From: Synechococcus sp.
GTDB taxonomy: Bacteria; Cyanobacteriota; Cyanobacteriia; PCC-6307; Cyanobiaceae
Reading direction: 5' to 3'
Length of the DNA stretch: 64,000 nt
Assembly: GCA_047285805.1 (NCBI GenBank)
Contig: JBJBCN010000002.1
Location: 1,248,001-1,312,000 of the forward strand
The position numbers and the translations under genes were made by a program. Below the pieces are notes generated by a model. That model was not told the DNA's origin and did no database searches. It saw only the letters and a program-made list of their open reading frames with translations. The stretch's first letter is position 1; each line of letters begins with the position of its first letter. Below are positions 51,442 through 62,851 of this stretch, one piece after another.

Positions 51442-52029
51442 TTAGCCGTTCATCGCCGCGGCCTGGAGGCAAGCCGGCAGGAAGATCCACCAGCTCAGCA
51501 CCGAGCGGCACTGCTCTTGCTTGTCGCAGGGCAGCGACGAGCAGCGCACGATCGGCGGACCGCTCATGTTGAAGGCCATCGGCACCGGCAGCTGCTTCAG
51601 GATCCCCATCGCCGAAAGCGTGCCGGACTTGGCGTTCTCGAGGATCGCGTAGCGCATCGCTTGAATCCCGACCGTGCCGCTGGCCTTAAGCGGCTTGTAG
51701 GCCTGGCTCTGCCGCACCAGAAACGCCTCGCCCGCCTTGGAGTTCAAGAGGCGCGAAAGGGCCAGGTAATCAACGCTGTAGGGCTTGGCCAGGGCCACCC
51801 GCAGGTCTTCCTCGGGCCAACCCGACCGGATCACCAGCTGCATCAAGCGCTGGTCGCTGAAGGTGCCCTCGTTGATGAACTGCTCGAGCGCGGCGTAGGG
51901 AATGCTCCAGACATCGGCTCCCTTGGTGAGCTGAAGGGCCGGGTATGGCTCCCGGGGAGCCGCCATGGCCGGAGCGAGACCGGTGGAGGCGGCGAGCAGG
52001 GCCGCCAGAGTCAGAACACGCCGCATCAC
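51442..52029 (-). CDS. Exported DUF1400 (alpha/beta hydrolase-associated) domain protein
   Basis: Signal peptide; SIP..LEQF..G, LNSKAGE..L, A.R.AI. Confidence 0.7.
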   Translation of the reverse strand: MMRRVLTLAALLAASTGLAPAMAAPREPYPALQLTKGADVWSIPYAALEQFINEGTFSDQRLMQLVIRSGWPEEDLRVALAKPYSVDYLALSRLLNSKAGEAFLVRQSQAYKPLKASGTVGIQAMRYAILENAKSGTLSAMGILKQLPVPMAFNMSGPPIVRCSSLPCDKQEQCRSVLSWWIFLPACLQAAAMNG

Positions 52030-53834
52030 TAGTTCAGCTTCAGCACAGCCATGAAGGCCTCTTGAGGCACTTCGACCTTGCCCATCGCCTTCATCCGCTT
52101 CTTGCCTTTGGCCTGCTTCTGCAGCAGCTTCTTTTTTCGGGAGATGTCACCGCCATAGCACTTGGCGAGCACGTCCTTGCGCATCGCGCTGATGCTCTCG
52201 GAGGCGATCACCCGGCTGCCGATGGAGGCCTGGATCGGGATCTTGAACTGCTGGCGGGGAATCAGCTCCTTGAGCTTCTCCACTAGAGCCTTACCGACGT
52301 TGTAGGCCTTGTCCCGGTGCACGATCGTCGTCAGGGGGTCGGCCCGTTCGGCGTTGATCAAGACATCCAGGCGCACCAGGTCGTTCTTGCGGTAGCCGAT
52401 CAGGGAGTACTCCATCGAGGCGTAGCCCTTCGTGCGCGACTTCATCTGATCGAAGAAGTCCGTCACCACCTCCGCCAGGGGCATCTCATAAAGCAGGGTC
52501 ACCCGCTCGGTGGTGATGAACTTCATGTCGATAAACTCACCTCGGCGCTCCTGGCAGAGCTCCATCAAGGTGCCGTTGTAGGTGTTAGGCGTGTAGATCT
52601 CGAGCTTCACGTAGGGCTCTTCGATCGATTCACGCTTCTGCGGATCAGGCAGGGTCGCCGGGTTGTCGACCATAACGATCTCACCGTCGAGCATGTTCAC
52701 CTGGTAGATCACCGAGGGCGCGGTGACGATCAGATCGAGGTTGTACTCGCGCTCCAGCCGCTCCTGGACGATCTCCATGTGCAGGAGGCCCAAGAAGCCG
52801 CAGCGGAAGCCAAAGCCCATGGCGCTGCTGGTTTCCGGCTCGTACTTCAGGGCCGCATCGCTCAGCTGCAGCTTATCGAGGGCTTCGCGCAGGTCCGGGT
52901 ACTGGTCGGCGTCGGTCGGGAACAGGCCGCAGAACACCATCGGCTTGGCCTCGGTGTAACCCGGCAGCGGCGCCTCAGCGGGGTTGTTCACCAGGGTGAT
53001 CGTGTCGCCAACGCGGGCATCAGCCACGGCTTTGATCGAGGCCGCCAGATACCCCACTTCACCGGCTTGGAGGCTGTCGACCTTGCGCTGGTCGGGGGCC
53101 ATCACCCCCACCTCATCGAGCTCGTATGTCTTCTTGCTGGCCATCAGCAGCACCTTGTCCTTGGTGCTGATCGAGCCCGAGATCACCCGGAAGTAGACGA
53201 TCACCCCGCGATAGGGGTCGTAATAGGAGTCAAAGATCAGGGCCTGGAGGGGCTCCTGCACACGATCCTGCGGCGGGGGAACCCGATCCACCACGGCCTG
53301 CAGGATCTCGGGGACCCCCAGGCCACTCTTGGCCGAGCAGGGGATCGCCCCAGTGCAGTCCAGGCCAATGATCGCTTCGATCTCTTCGCTAATCCGATCG
53401 GGATCGGCACCAGGCAGGTCGATCTTGTTGAGGACCGGGATGATCTCCAGGTCGTTCTCTAAAGCCAGATAAACGTTGGCCAGGGTCTGCGCTTCAACGC
53501 CCTGGCTGGCGTCAACCACCAACAGAGCCCCTTCACAGGCCTGCAGGGAGCGGCTGACCTCATAGGAGAAGTCAACGTGACCAGGGGTGTCGATCAGGTT
53601 GAGGATGTAGGTCTCGCCGTCGGCCGCCTTGTACTCCATGCGCGCGGCCTGCAGCTTGATGGTGATCCCCCGCTCCCGCTCAAGATCCATGTTGTCGAGG
53701 AACTGCTCCTGCATGTCCCGGACCGCCACCGTGCCGGTGTCCTGGAGCAGGCGATCGGCCAGGGTCGACTTCCCGTGGTCGATGTGAGCAATGATGCAGA
53801 AATTGCGGATCCGTGAAGCGGGGACGTCGGTCAT
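52029..53834 (-). CDS. lepA: Elongation factor 4
   Basis: [41 protein letters not shown]. Confidence 0.99.
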   Translation of the reverse strand: MTDVPASRIRNFCIIAHIDHGKSTLADRLLQDTGTVAVRDMQEQFLDNMDLERERGITIKLQAARMEYKAADGETYILNLIDTPGHVDFSYEVSRSLQACEGALLVVDASQGVEAQTLANVYLALENDLEIIPVLNKIDLPGADPDRISEEIEAIIGLDCTGAIPCSAKSGLGVPEILQAVVDRVPPPQDRVQEPLQALIFDSYYDPYRGVIVYFRVISGSISTKDKVLLMASKKTYELDEVGVMAPDQRKVDSLQAGEVGYLAASIKAVADARVGDTITLVNNPAEAPLPGYTEAKPMVFCGLFPTDADQYPDLREALDKLQLSDAALKYEPETSSAMGFGFRCGFLGLLHMEIVQERLEREYNLDLIVTAPSVIYQVNMLDGEIVMVDNPATLPDPQKRESIEEPYVKLEIYTPNTYNGTLMELCQERRGEFIDMKFITTERVTLLYEMPLAEVVTDFFDQMKSRTKGYASMEYSLIGYRKNDLVRLDVLINAERADPLTTIVHRDKAYNVGKALVEKLKELIPRQQFKIPIQASIGSRVIASESISAMRKDVLAKCYGGDISRKKKLLQKQAKGKKRMKAMGKVEVPQEAFMAVLKLN

Positions 53835-53921
53835 TCGCTGTTGAGAGTCCCGGCTCGGACGGCCTTGATCCTAGGGAGCGGCGCTGCGTTCCTAAGCTCA
53901 GTGCAACAACGTCTCAGCGCG

Positions 53922-54200
53922 ATGAGCACCGAAACCCCAGCAGCAGCGGCCACCGAGAACGCTGATCCCCGCGCCCTCACCATCGAGAATGTGGAGCGCA
54001 CCCTCGATGAGCTCCGTCCCTATCTGATGGCCGACGGCGGCAACGTTGAAGTGGTGGAAATCGACGGACCGATCGTGAAGGTGCGCCTGCAGGGCGCCTG
54101 CGGCTCCTGCCCCAGCAGCACCATGACTTTGAAGATGGGAATCGAGCGCAAGCTGCGCGAAGCCATCCCCGAAGTCAGCGAAGTCGTGCAGGTGCTCTGA
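53922..54200 (+). CDS. NifU-like / NfuA Fe-S scaffold
   Basis: [22 protein letters not shown]. Confidence 0.93.
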   Translation: MSTETPAAAATENADPRALTIENVERTLDELRPYLMADGGNVEVVEIDGPIVKVRLQGACGSCPSSTMTLKMGIERKLREAIPEVSEVVQVL

Positions 54201-54243
54201 ACCCCTCCCCGTAGGCTCAGCGAACTCTTGAACCTTTGGGCCC

Positions 54244-55524
54244 GTGCTGGATCAGCGCCTGCTGCGCGAGAACCCTGAGCTGATCACCGAGCAGCTCGGG
54301 CGGCGCGGCATGAAGCTCGATCTCACGGGCCTTCAGTCGATGGCGCGCCAAGAGCGCGACCTCGAAGAAAAGCGCAGCAACCTCCAAGCCGACGGCAACC
54401 GGATCGGCAAGGAGGTGGGCCTCAAGATCAAGGGCGGCTCAGCTCCGAAAAGCCCCGAGGTCCAGGCCCTGCGGGACGAAGGCAACCGGATCAAGCAGCA
54501 GGTCGCGATCCTCGAAGAAGAAGAGAAGACCCTGGAGGCCAAGCTCCGCGAAGAGCTACTGACCCTGCCCAACCTGCCCTCAGCCCAGGCGCCCGACGGC
54601 AAGGACGAGAACGACAACGTCGAGATCAAGATCTGGGGCAGCCCCCGGGCCAAGGAGGACTGGCTCGAAGAGCACTGGCAGATCGCCGAGCGCCTGGGCC
54701 TTTTTGAAACCGAGCGCTCCGTGCGCATCGCCCAGAGCCGCTTTGTGACCCTGATGGGTCTCGGGGCGCGGCTCGAGCGCTCCTTGATCAACTTCATGCT
54801 CGACCTACACGGCGGCAAGGGCTACCGCGAGGTCCTGCCGCCGATCCTGGTCAACAGCGCCAGCCTCACCGGCTCCGGCCAGCTGCCCAAATTCGCCGAG
54901 GAGAGCTTCCGCTGCGCTGAGGACGACCTCTGGCTAACTCCCACCGCCGAGGTGCCCGTCACCTCCCTGCACCGCGGCGAGGTCATCCCCGCCGAGCAAC
55001 TTCCGCTCAAGTACGTCGCCTACACCCCCTGTTTCCGCCGCGAGGCCGGCAGCTACGGCCGCGACACTCGGGGGCTGATCCGCCTGCACCAGTTCAACAA
55101 GGTGGAGCTCTACTGGTTCTGCCACCCCGACCACTCCGCGGACGCCCACCAACAAATCACCGCGGACGCCGAAGCCGTCCTCGAAGCCCTGGAGCTGCCC
55201 TACCGCAAGATCGAGCTCTGCACAGGCGACATGGGCTTCTCCGCCACCCGCACCTATGACCTCGAGGTCTGGCTGCCCGGGGCCGGCGCCTACCGCGAGA
55301 TTTCCAGCTGCTCGGTCTGCGGCGACTTCCAGGCGCGCCGCTCCGCCATCCGCTGCAAGGAGGGCAAAACCACCCAGCTGCTGCACACCCTCAACGGCAG
55401 TGGTCTGGCAGTGGGGCGCACCATGGCCGCCCTGCTGGAGAACGGCCAGCAGATCGACGGCTCGATCGAGATCCCCGCGGCCCTCGTGCCCTACTTCGGC
55501 GCTGAGACCATCCCCGCCGCCTAG
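54244..55524 (+). CDS. serS: Serine--tRNA ligase
   Basis: GQLPKF, PTAEVP, FRREAGSYGRDTRGLIRLHQF, HTLNGSGLA. Confidence 0.98.
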   Translation: MLDQRLLRENPELITEQLGRRGMKLDLTGLQSMARQERDLEEKRSNLQADGNRIGKEVGLKIKGGSAPKSPEVQALRDEGNRIKQQVAILEEEEKTLEAKLREELLTLPNLPSAQAPDGKDENDNVEIKIWGSPRAKEDWLEEHWQIAERLGLFETERSVRIAQSRFVTLMGLGARLERSLINFMLDLHGGKGYREVLPPILVNSASLTGSGQLPKFAEESFRCAEDDLWLTPTAEVPVTSLHRGEVIPAEQLPLKYVAYTPCFRREAGSYGRDTRGLIRLHQFNKVELYWFCHPDHSADAHQQITADAEAVLEALELPYRKIELCTGDMGFSATRTYDLEVWLPGAGAYREISSCSVCGDFQARRSAIRCKEGKTTQLLHTLNGSGLAVGRTMAALLENGQQIDGSIEIPAALVPYFGAETIPAA

Positions 55525-56960
55525 GCGTTCAGCCCCAGCAGGCCGTTGCTTCGCTGACGGATCTGGGCCAGGCGCTCAGCGCTCGCCCCCAGCTCCTCAC
55601 CCCAAGAGGGAATCAGGGACTTGAGCTTCTTCTGCCAGGCCTCACTGGTGAAACGCTCTCCCATGCAGCGCTGCAGCACCTGCACCATCGTCTCCACAGC
55701 GGTCGAGGCACCGGGGGACGCCCCCAGCAGGGCCGCCAGGGAGCAATCGGCGCTGCTGACCACCTCGGTGCCCATCTGCAGGCAACCGCGGCCGTCCACC
55801 TGCTTGATGATCTGCACCCGCTGGCCCGCCACCGCCAGCTCCCAGTCGTTGGCGTTAACCTCGGGTAGGAAGTCGCGCAGGCTGTCGATCCGCTGCTTCG
55901 GGCGCTGGACGACCTGCCCGACCAGGTAGCGGACCAGATCAAAGTCATTGGCCCCCACCTGCAGGGTAGGAAGCAGGTTGTAGGGCTTGATCGAGCGCCC
56001 CAGATCCCAGAGGGAGCCCTGCCTCAAAAAGCGGGTGCTGAATCCGGCGTAGGGACCAAAGAGCAGCGCCCGCTGGCCATCGATCCAGCGGGTGTCCAGG
56101 TGGGGGACGGACATTGGCGGCGCGCCGACCGCGGCCTTGCCATAGACCTTTGCGTTGTGGGCCTTAATCACCTTGGGGTTGCGACAGACCAGCCACTGGC
56201 CGCTAACCGGGAAGGCGCCATAGACCCGGGCCTCGGGGATGCCGGAGCGCTGCAGCAGCGGCAGGCTGCCGCCCCCCGCCCCCAGGAAGACAAACGGTGC
56301 CTCCAGCTCTCCGGAGCTGGTCTGCACCCGCCAACCGGCACCGCCCCGCTCGAGCCCGAGCACGGACTGGCCCAAGCGCAGATCGACGCCCTGCAGCAAG
56401 GCCCGGGTGAGGGCCCCGAAGTTCACATCGGTACCGCGGGCCACCCGGGTGGCCGCCAAGGGTTGATGCATGCGGCGGCCGGCCATCACCAGAGGCATCC
56501 ACTCCCGCAGTTGCTCCGGATCGGTACTCCAGGCCATGTCGGCGAACTGGGGCGCCGCCTGCAGGGCGTCAAAGCGGCGGCGCAGGTAATCGACGTTGGT
56601 CTGCCCCCAGACAAAGCTCAGGTGCGGCACCGCGCGAATGAAACCGGCCGGATCACTGAGCTGCTGGCTCTCCACCAGGGAACTCCAGAACTCCAGGCTG
56701 CGCTCAAAGGAAGCGTTGATCGCCAGGGCCTTCCCGGTGGGAATGGAGCCGTCCTCGGCAGCCGGGCTGTAGTTGAGCTCGCAGTTAGCAGCGTGGCCGG
56801 TGCCGGCGTTGTTCATCGGCCCACTGCTTTCGCAGCCCAGCTGGGGGAGCCGCTCCAGCACCACCACCTTCAGGCTGGGATCAAGCTGCCTAAGCAGGTT
56901 CGCCAGGGTGGCGCCCATGATCCCGGCGCCCACCAAGAGGGCATCGCAGCGTTCACTCAT
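55521..56960 (-). CDS. mqo: Malate:quinone oxidoreductase
   Basis: GAGIMGA, NNAGTGHAANCELNY, APPMSVPHLDTR, LGASPGAST. Confidence 0.95.
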   Translation of the reverse strand: MSERCDALLVGAGIMGATLANLLRQLDPSLKVVVLERLPQLGCESSGPMNNAGTGHAANCELNYSPAAEDGSIPTGKALAINASFERSLEFWSSLVESQQLSDPAGFIRAVPHLSFVWGQTNVDYLRRRFDALQAAPQFADMAWSTDPEQLREWMPLVMAGRRMHQPLAATRVARGTDVNFGALTRALLQGVDLRLGQSVLGLERGGAGWRVQTSSGELEAPFVFLGAGGGSLPLLQRSGIPEARVYGAFPVSGQWLVCRNPKVIKAHNAKVYGKAAVGAPPMSVPHLDTRWIDGQRALLFGPYAGFSTRFLRQGSLWDLGRSIKPYNLLPTLQVGANDFDLVRYLVGQVVQRPKQRIDSLRDFLPEVNANDWELAVAGQRVQIIKQVDGRGCLQMGTEVVSSADCSLAALLGASPGASTAVETMVQVLQRCMGERFTSEAWQKKLKSLIPSWGEELGASAERLAQIRQRSNGLLGLNA

Positions 56961-57047
56961 GGAGCCGGAATCAAGCGGGGCGCACGGTCACCCAACGCTA
57001 TGGCCGTGCCTTCCCCCCCACAATGGACGCACTTTGGATCTGCAGAG

Positions 57048-58136
57048 ATGGGCGTCCTGACGGCTCTGGCGATCCTGGCCGGCCTGATCGTGGTACATGA
57101 GGCCGGGCACTTCTTTGCGGCCACCTGGCAGGGAATTCGCGTCAGTGGTTTCTCGGTTGGCTTCGGCCCGGTGCTGCTCGAGAAGCAGCGGCGGGGGGTG
57201 CAGTTCGCTCTACGGGCGATCCCACTGGGGGGCTTCGTGTCCTTCCCCGATGACGACGAGGACAGCGCGATCCCGACCGACGACCCGGACCTTCTCAGCA
57301 ATCGCCCCCTGCATCAGCGCGCCCTGGTGATTGCCGCTGGCGTGATCGCCAACCTGCTGCTGGCCTGGGCCGTGCTCCTCGCCCAAGGCGCCTTCGTTGG
57401 CATCCCGGCCGGCTTCAGCGCCACCCCCGGCGTCCTGGTCTCCGGCGTCCAGCAGGGCAATGCGGCAGCGGCCTCCGGCCTGAAGGCCGGCGACCGGATC
57501 CTGGCGGTGGACGGTCGCGACCTCGGGGGCGGACAAACCGCGGTCAGCCAACTGGTGGAGTTGGTGAAGGGGGCCCCGGATCAAACCCTGCGCCTGCGCG
57601 CCGAGCGCCAAGGCCAGCCCCTCGAACTCAAGCTGACCCCGGCGGACCTGAGCGGCATCGGCCGAATCGGCGCCCAACTGCAACCGAGCGGCATCGAGGC
57701 CTTCCGCCGGCCCCGCAGTCCGATCGAGGTGATCAAACAGGCCAACCATGACCTCGTCCTGCTGACCAAGCGGACGGTGGACGGCTTTGTGACTCTGGTG
57801 ACCCACTTCGGTGAAACCGCTGGCCAGGTCTCCGGTCCGGTGAAGATCGTCGAGATGGGGGCATCCCTGGCCAAACAGGGCGGCAGCAGCCTCTTCCTCT
57901 ACACCGCCTTGATTTCGATCAACCTGGCCGTGCTGAATTCCCTGCCCCTGCCGATGCTCGATGGCGGGCAGTTCGCCCTGCTGCTGCTGGAGGGTCTGCG
58001 CCGCAAACCCCTACCCGAGAAGTTCCAGATGGCCTTTATACAGTCGGGCTTTGTCCTGCTCGTAGGCCTCAGCGTGGTCCTGATCGTCAAGGACACGAGC
58101 CAGCTGGCGGCGGTTCAGCAGTTGCTGGGACGCTAA
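57048..58136 (+). CDS. rseP: RIP metalloprotease RseP
   Basis: HEAGH, IPLGGFV, PDZ domain, NSLPLPMLDGG; true start at 57048. Confidence 0.95.
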   Translation: MGVLTALAILAGLIVVHEAGHFFAATWQGIRVSGFSVGFGPVLLEKQRRGVQFALRAIPLGGFVSFPDDDEDSAIPTDDPDLLSNRPLHQRALVIAAGVIANLLLAWAVLLAQGAFVGIPAGFSATPGVLVSGVQQGNAAAASGLKAGDRILAVDGRDLGGGQTAVSQLVELVKGAPDQTLRLRAERQGQPLELKLTPADLSGIGRIGAQLQPSGIEAFRRPRSPIEVIKQANHDLVLLTKRTVDGFVTLVTHFGETAGQVSGPVKIVEMGASLAKQGGSSLFLYTALISINLAVLNSLPLPMLDGGQFALLLLEGLRRKPLPEKFQMAFIQSGFVLLVGLSVVLIVKDTSQLAAVQQLLGR

Positions 58137-58177
58137 GAGGTAGTCTTTCTAGTCACTGCTAACGAGATCCAGGCCGC

Positions 58178-58480
58178 ATGGCGAAGAAGTCGATGATTGC
58201 GCGCGACGTCAAGCGCCAAAAGCTTGTTGATCGCTACGCCGCGAAGCGCGCAGCTCTGATGGCCGCCTTCGAAGCCGCCGGCGATCCGATGCAGCGCCTG
58301 GAAATCCACCGCAAGATCCAGAACCTGCCCCGCAACAGCGCCCGCGTGCGTCTGCGCAACCGTTGCTGGGCCACCGGCAAGCCCCGTGGGGTGTACCGCG
58401 ATTTCGGCCTGTGCCGCAACCAGCTGCGTGAGCGCGCCCACAAAGGCGAACTGCCCGGCGTGGTCAAGTCCTCCTGGTGA
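58178..58480 (+). CDS. rpsN: 30S ribosomal protein S14
   Basis: [30 protein letters not shown]. Confidence 0.98.
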   Translation: MAKKSMIARDVKRQKLVDRYAAKRAALMAAFEAAGDPMQRLEIHRKIQNLPRNSARVRLRNRCWATGKPRGVYRDFGLCRNQLRERAHKGELPGVVKSSW

Positions 58481-58504
58481 GCTCCACGATCCTCTGATCG
58501 ACCT

Positions 58505-58530
58505 AAAGGGCGCCTTAGGGCGCCTTTTTT
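58505..58530 (+). terminator. Intrinsic terminator after rpsN
   Basis: GGGCGCC-TTAG-GGCGCCT followed by a T tract. Confidence 0.75.
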
Positions 58531-58639
58531 GTTGCCGGCCTGCGTTGTGGCATTCCGGAAGAGATTGCGCCAGTTTTCCGCACGTCTTCGGGCTCAGATG
58601 CAAGAATTACTCTTGACAACAAACAAGACATAAGCCCAC

Positions 58640-60772
58640 GTGCAAGGTCACACTCAGTCGGTCTCCTTCGATGGTCGGGAGATCCGGCTGACCACAGGTC
58701 GGTTCGCCCCGCAAGCCGGGGGTTCCGTGATGGTCGAATGCGGAGATACCTCTGTTCTCGTCACTGCCACCCGCTCCGGCGGCCGTGAGGGCATCGATTT
58801 TCTGCCGCTGATTTGCGACTACGAGGAGCGCCTCTACGCCGCTGGCCGCATCCCCGGCAGCTTCATGCGCCGGGAGAGCCGTCCCCCTGAGCGCGCCACC
58901 TTGATCGCGCGCCTGATCGACCGCCCGATGCGTCCGCTGTTCCCCAGCTGGTTGCGGGACGACCTGCAGGTCGTCGCCACCTGCATGTCCCTCGATGAGC
59001 GGGTTCCGCCCGATGTCCTGGCAGTGACCGGCGCCTCCCTCGCCACCCTGCTGGCCAAGATCCCCTTCAACGGACCCATGGCCGCCGTGCGGGTGGGTCT
59101 GCTGGGTGATGACTTCATTCTGAACCCGAGTTACCGCGAGATCGAGCGCTCCGAGCTAGATCTGGTGGTCGCCGGCACCCCACAGGGCGTGATCATGGTC
59201 GAAGCGGGTGCCAACCAGCTGCCCGAGCAGGACGTCATCGAAGCAATCGACTTCGGCTACGAGGCCGTCTGCGAACTGATCAAGGTCCAGCAGACCCTGC
59301 TAAAGGAGCTCGGCATCGAGCAGGTCATCCCCGAGGCCCAGACCGTCGACGCCACCCTGCCCAGCTTCCTGGAGAAGGAGTGCAGCAAGGGCATCGGCGA
59401 TGTCCTCAAGCAGTTCAGCCTGACCAAGGCTGAGCGCGACGAGCAGCTCGATGCGATCAAGGCCCAGGCGGCCGAGAAGATCAGCGGCCTCAAGGACGAC
59501 GACGACGTGAAGTTGGCCGTCAGCAGCAACGGCAAGGCCCTGGGCAACAACTACAAGGCGCTCACCAAAAAGCTGATGCGCGCCCAGATCGTCCAGGACG
59601 GCAAGCGCGTCGACGGCCGCAACCTCGATGAGGTGCGTCCGATCAGCGCCGCCGCCGGTGTGCTGCCCAAACGCGTGCACGGCTCCGGTCTGTTCCAGCG
59701 CGGCATGACCCAGGTTCTCTCCTGCGCCACCCTCGGCACCCCGAGCGACGCCCAGGAGATGGATGACCTGAATCCGTCCAACGAGAAGACCTATCTCCAC
59801 CACTACAACTTTCCCCCCTACTCCGTCGGCGAAACCCGCCCGATGCGCAGCCCCGGCCGCCGCGAAATCGGCCATGGCGCCCTGGCCGAGCGGGCTCTGA
59901 TCCCCGTCCTGCCCAGCAAGGAGAGCTTCCCCTACGTGCTTCGCGTGGTGTCGGAATGCCTGAGCTCCAACGGCTCCACCTCGATGGGTTCGGTCTGCGG
60001 CAGCACCCTGGCCCTGATGGATGCCGGCGTGCCCCTGAAGGCCCCCGTGAGCGGCGCCGCCATGGGCCTGATCAAGGAGGGCTCCGAGGTGCGGATCCTG
60101 ACCGACATCCAAGGCATCGAGGACTTCCTCGGCGACATGGACTTCAAGGTGGCCGGCACCGAGAAGGGCATCACGGCCCTTCAGATGGACATGAAGATCA
60201 CCGGTCTCGAAGTGAAGACCGTGGCTGAGGCCATCAACCAGGCCCGCCCGGCCCGTCTGCACATCCTCGAGAAGATGCTCGCGGCGATCGACAAGCCCCG
60301 CGATGTCATGAGCCCCCACGCCCCTCGCCTGCTCAGCTTCCGGATCGACCCCGAGCTGATCGGCACCGTGATTGGCCCCGGCGGCCGCACCATCAAGGGC
60401 ATCACCGAGCGCACCAACACCAAGATCGACATCGAGGACGGCGGCATCGTCACGATCGCCAGCCACGACGGTGCAGCGGCTGAGGAAGCCCAGCGCATCA
60501 TCGAAGGCCTCACCCGTCGCGTTTCTGAAGGCGAAGTCTTCAGCGGTGCCGTCACCCGCGTGATCCCTATCGGCGCCTTCGTCGAGATCCTGCCCGGCAA
60601 GGAAGGCATGATCCACATCTCCCAGCTCAGCGAAGCCCGCGTGGAGAAGGTGGAAGACGTAGTCAAGGTGGGCGACCAAGTCACGGTGCGCGTCCGCGAA
60701 ATTGACAACCGCGGCCGCATCAACCTCACCCTGCGTGGGGTTCCCCAACAGGACGAGCCGGCCCAGGCCTGA
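58640..60772 (+). CDS. pnp: Polyribonucleotide nucleotidyltransferase
   Basis: [39 protein letters not shown] and S1 domains. Confidence 0.98.
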   Translation: MQGHTQSVSFDGREIRLTTGRFAPQAGGSVMVECGDTSVLVTATRSGGREGIDFLPLICDYEERLYAAGRIPGSFMRRESRPPERATLIARLIDRPMRPLFPSWLRDDLQVVATCMSLDERVPPDVLAVTGASLATLLAKIPFNGPMAAVRVGLLGDDFILNPSYREIERSELDLVVAGTPQGVIMVEAGANQLPEQDVIEAIDFGYEAVCELIKVQQTLLKELGIEQVIPEAQTVDATLPSFLEKECSKGIGDVLKQFSLTKAERDEQLDAIKAQAAEKISGLKDDDDVKLAVSSNGKALGNNYKALTKKLMRAQIVQDGKRVDGRNLDEVRPISAAAGVLPKRVHGSGLFQRGMTQVLSCATLGTPSDAQEMDDLNPSNEKTYLHHYNFPPYSVGETRPMRSPGRREIGHGALAERALIPVLPSKESFPYVLRVVSECLSSNGSTSMGSVCGSTLALMDAGVPLKAPVSGAAMGLIKEGSEVRILTDIQGIEDFLGDMDFKVAGTEKGITALQMDMKITGLEVKTVAEAINQARPARLHILEKMLAAIDKPRDVMSPHAPRLLSFRIDPELIGTVIGPGGRTIKGITERTNTKIDIEDGGIVTIASHDGAAAEEAQRIIEGLTRRVSEGEVFSGAVTRVIPIGAFVEILPGKEGMIHISQLSEARVEKVEDVVKVGDQVTVRVREIDNRGRINLTLRGVPQQDEPAQA

Positions 60773-60779
60773 TCCAGCC

Positions 60780-60803
60780 AAGCCCCCGCAAGGGGGCTTT
60801 CTT
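60780..60803 (+). terminator. Intrinsic terminator after pnp
   Basis: AAGCCCCC-GCAA-GGGGGCTT-TCTT. Confidence 0.8.
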
Positions 60804-60808
60804 ATGAC

Positions 60809-61729
60809 CTAAACCGTGAAGCCCGGATCGATGCGGCCCATCGCCTCGGCCGCTTTCGCGCAGAGCTCCCTGTGACTCATGCCGTGGCTGGCGATCAGGC
60901 AGCCGGCCTGGCGCACATCACCAGTGTTGTAACGAAGGGGGGCACCGTCAGCGTGGGTGAAGGCGCCACCCGCCGCCTTGAGCACGGCCGCGGGAGCCGC
61001 CATGTCCCAGTCCTTCGGAGCGCTCTTGCCCGAGAGGGAGATGTAGACATCGGTCTCACCGCGCAGGATCGTGGCGACCTTGCCGCCGACGCTGCCGATA
61101 GCCTTGGTGTCGCCGAGGGCCAGGGCCTCCAGCAGCTTCTCGAGCCGTTGGTCCCTGTGGTTGCGGCTGGCCACCAGGACCATCTCGCCAAGGGCCTGGC
61201 GGCGGCTGAACTGGGCGGGCTGCTGGTCACCGGCGCGGTTCTCGCGCCAGGCGCGGCCCTCGGGCACGAGGCCGAACCAGAGGTCCTCCAGCAGCGGTTG
61301 CAGCACCACCCCCAAGACGGCCTCCCCGCGGTGCACGAGTGCCAGATGCACGGCGTACTCGCCAGTGCCCTGAAGAAAGTCCTTGGTGCCATCAAGGGGA
61401 TCCAGGATCCAGAGCCACTCGGCATGCAAGGGCTCCCCAGCGGTGAGCTGCTCCTTAGCGGTCTCCTCGCTGAGCAGGGTCCAACCGGCATCGGGATAGG
61501 CCTTGGCCAGCCCCTCAAGCAGCCACTGATTAACCGCAAGATCGGCCGCACTGACGGGCCCCTCGCCCCCTTCATCCACGCTCAGGGCCTTGGGAAAGCC
61601 GTAGGGGGGCTGCTCCCCGCGACCGTAGGCCAACAGGATGTCCGCGGCGCCCCAGCAGAGCCGGCGTAGATCCGCCAAGAGCTGCTCCTCCGCGATGCCA
61701 GGGGGGAAGCAAGCGGCGGCGGGCATCAT
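60809..61729 (-). CDS. cysQ: 3'(2'),5'-bisphosphate nucleotidase CysQ family
   Basis: PVSAAD, LSEE, WILDPLDGTKDF, WDMAA. Confidence 0.88.
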   Translation of the reverse strand: MMPAAACFPPGIAEEQLLADLRRLCWGAADILLAYGRGEQPPYGFPKALSVDEGGEGPVSAADLAVNQWLLEGLAKAYPDAGWTLLSEETAKEQLTAGEPLHAEWLWILDPLDGTKDFLQGTGEYAVHLALVHRGEAVLGVVLQPLLEDLWFGLVPEGRAWRENRAGDQQPAQFSRRQALGEMVLVASRNHRDQRLEKLLEALALGDTKAIGSVGGKVATILRGETDVYISLSGKSAPKDWDMAAPAAVLKAAGGAFTHADGAPLRYNTGDVRQAGCLIASHGMSHRELCAKAAEAMGRIDPGFTV

Positions 61730-61751
61730 GGAAGGGCAAAGGAGCATTGTG

Positions 61752-62609
61752 ATGCAGGGCGCTGAACCCGCTGCAGGCGTGCTCTATCTAGTAGGCACCC
61801 CGATCGGGAACACCGGGGACCTCTCCACGAGGGCCAAAACCGTTCTGGCCGGGGCGGATCGCATTGCCTGCGAAGACACCCGCCGCAGCGGCCTCCTGCT
61901 GCACAACCTGGGCATCAAGAGCCGGTTGGTGAGCTTCCACGAGCACAACCAGGCCACCCGGATCCCGGAATTGCTGGAGGCCCTAGAGAACGGCGAAGCG
62001 ATCGCGGTGATCAGCGACGCCGGCCTGCCGGGCATCTCGGACCCGGGGGAGGAGCTCGTGGCGGCAGCCCGCCAACAAGGGCGCACGGTGATCTGCGTGC
62101 CGGGCCCCTGTGCAGCGACGACAGCCCTGATCAGCAGTGGGCTGCCCTGCGGCCGCTTCTGCTTTGAAGGCTTCCTGCCGCCGAAGGCCACGGCCCGGCG
62201 AACGCGGCTGCTGGCCTTAGCCCAGGAAGAGCGCACCCTGGTCTTCTACGAGGCCCCCCACCGCCTACTGACGGTGCTCGAGGACCTGCTGGAGCTGCTC
62301 GGGGATCGCCCCATCGCGGTGACCCGCGAACTCACCAAACGCCACGAAGAGCAGGTGGGCCCGAGCGTGTCGGTGGCCCTAGAGCACTTCCGCGAGCACG
62401 CGCCCCAGGGGGAGTTCACCCTGGTGCTAGGCGGAGCGGAGGTAAAAGCGAGCGAACGCCCCAGCGATGCCGAGTTGCGGGAGCAGCTTCAGGCCCTCAT
62501 CGATGGCGGATTGAGCCGCAACGATGCCGCACGCCAACTGGCACGAAGCACGGGCATCGCCAAACGTGAGCTCTACGCTTTGCTGCATCAAGACGACAAC
62601 ACCGCCTGA
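61752..62609 (+). CDS. rsmI: 16S rRNA Cm1402 methyltransferase
   Basis: LYLVGTPIGN, ACEDTR, SDAGLPGISDPG, RELTK. Confidence 0.95.
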   Translation: MQGAEPAAGVLYLVGTPIGNTGDLSTRAKTVLAGADRIACEDTRRSGLLLHNLGIKSRLVSFHEHNQATRIPELLEALENGEAIAVISDAGLPGISDPGEELVAAARQQGRTVICVPGPCAATTALISSGLPCGRFCFEGFLPPKATARRTRLLALAQEERTLVFYEAPHRLLTVLEDLLELLGDRPIAVTRELTKRHEEQVGPSVSVALEHFREHAPQGEFTLVLGGAEVKASERPSDAELREQLQALIDGGLSRNDAARQLARSTGIAKRELYALLHQDDNTA

Positions 62610-62851
62610 TGCTGCTGCGCCTGCGCCTACTTCTGGCCAGCCTGGGTGGTGGGGTGCTGCTGTTATTCATCCTCTGTCTGGGCGCCCAGAACCTCGACCA
62701 ACGCACCCGGCTCAACCTGGGGGTTGGCCGCACGGGTGAGCTCCCCACCGGCTTTCTGTTGGGGGTCTCCCTGGTGATTGGAGTGATCAGCGGCGGTGCC
62801 GCGAGCGCCCTACTGATCCCCGGCCGTGATCAGGCTTCGGGCAGGGAATAA
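62609..62851 (+). CDS. Small membrane protein
   Basis: Two TM segments around LGAQN; overlaps the rsmI stop. Confidence 0.7.
   Translation: MLLRLRLLLASLGGGVLLLFILCLGAQNLDQRTRLNLGVGRTGELPTGFLLGVSLVIGVISGGAASALLIPGRDQASGRE

Noticed and set aside
56100..57047. N-terminal half of the 678-aa ORF
   Set aside because: Antisense shadow of mqo; RseP begins at 57048.
52317..61669. Long antisense ORFs opposite lepA, pnp and cysQ
   Set aside because: Typical shadow frames of high-GC3 genes with no recognisable motifs.
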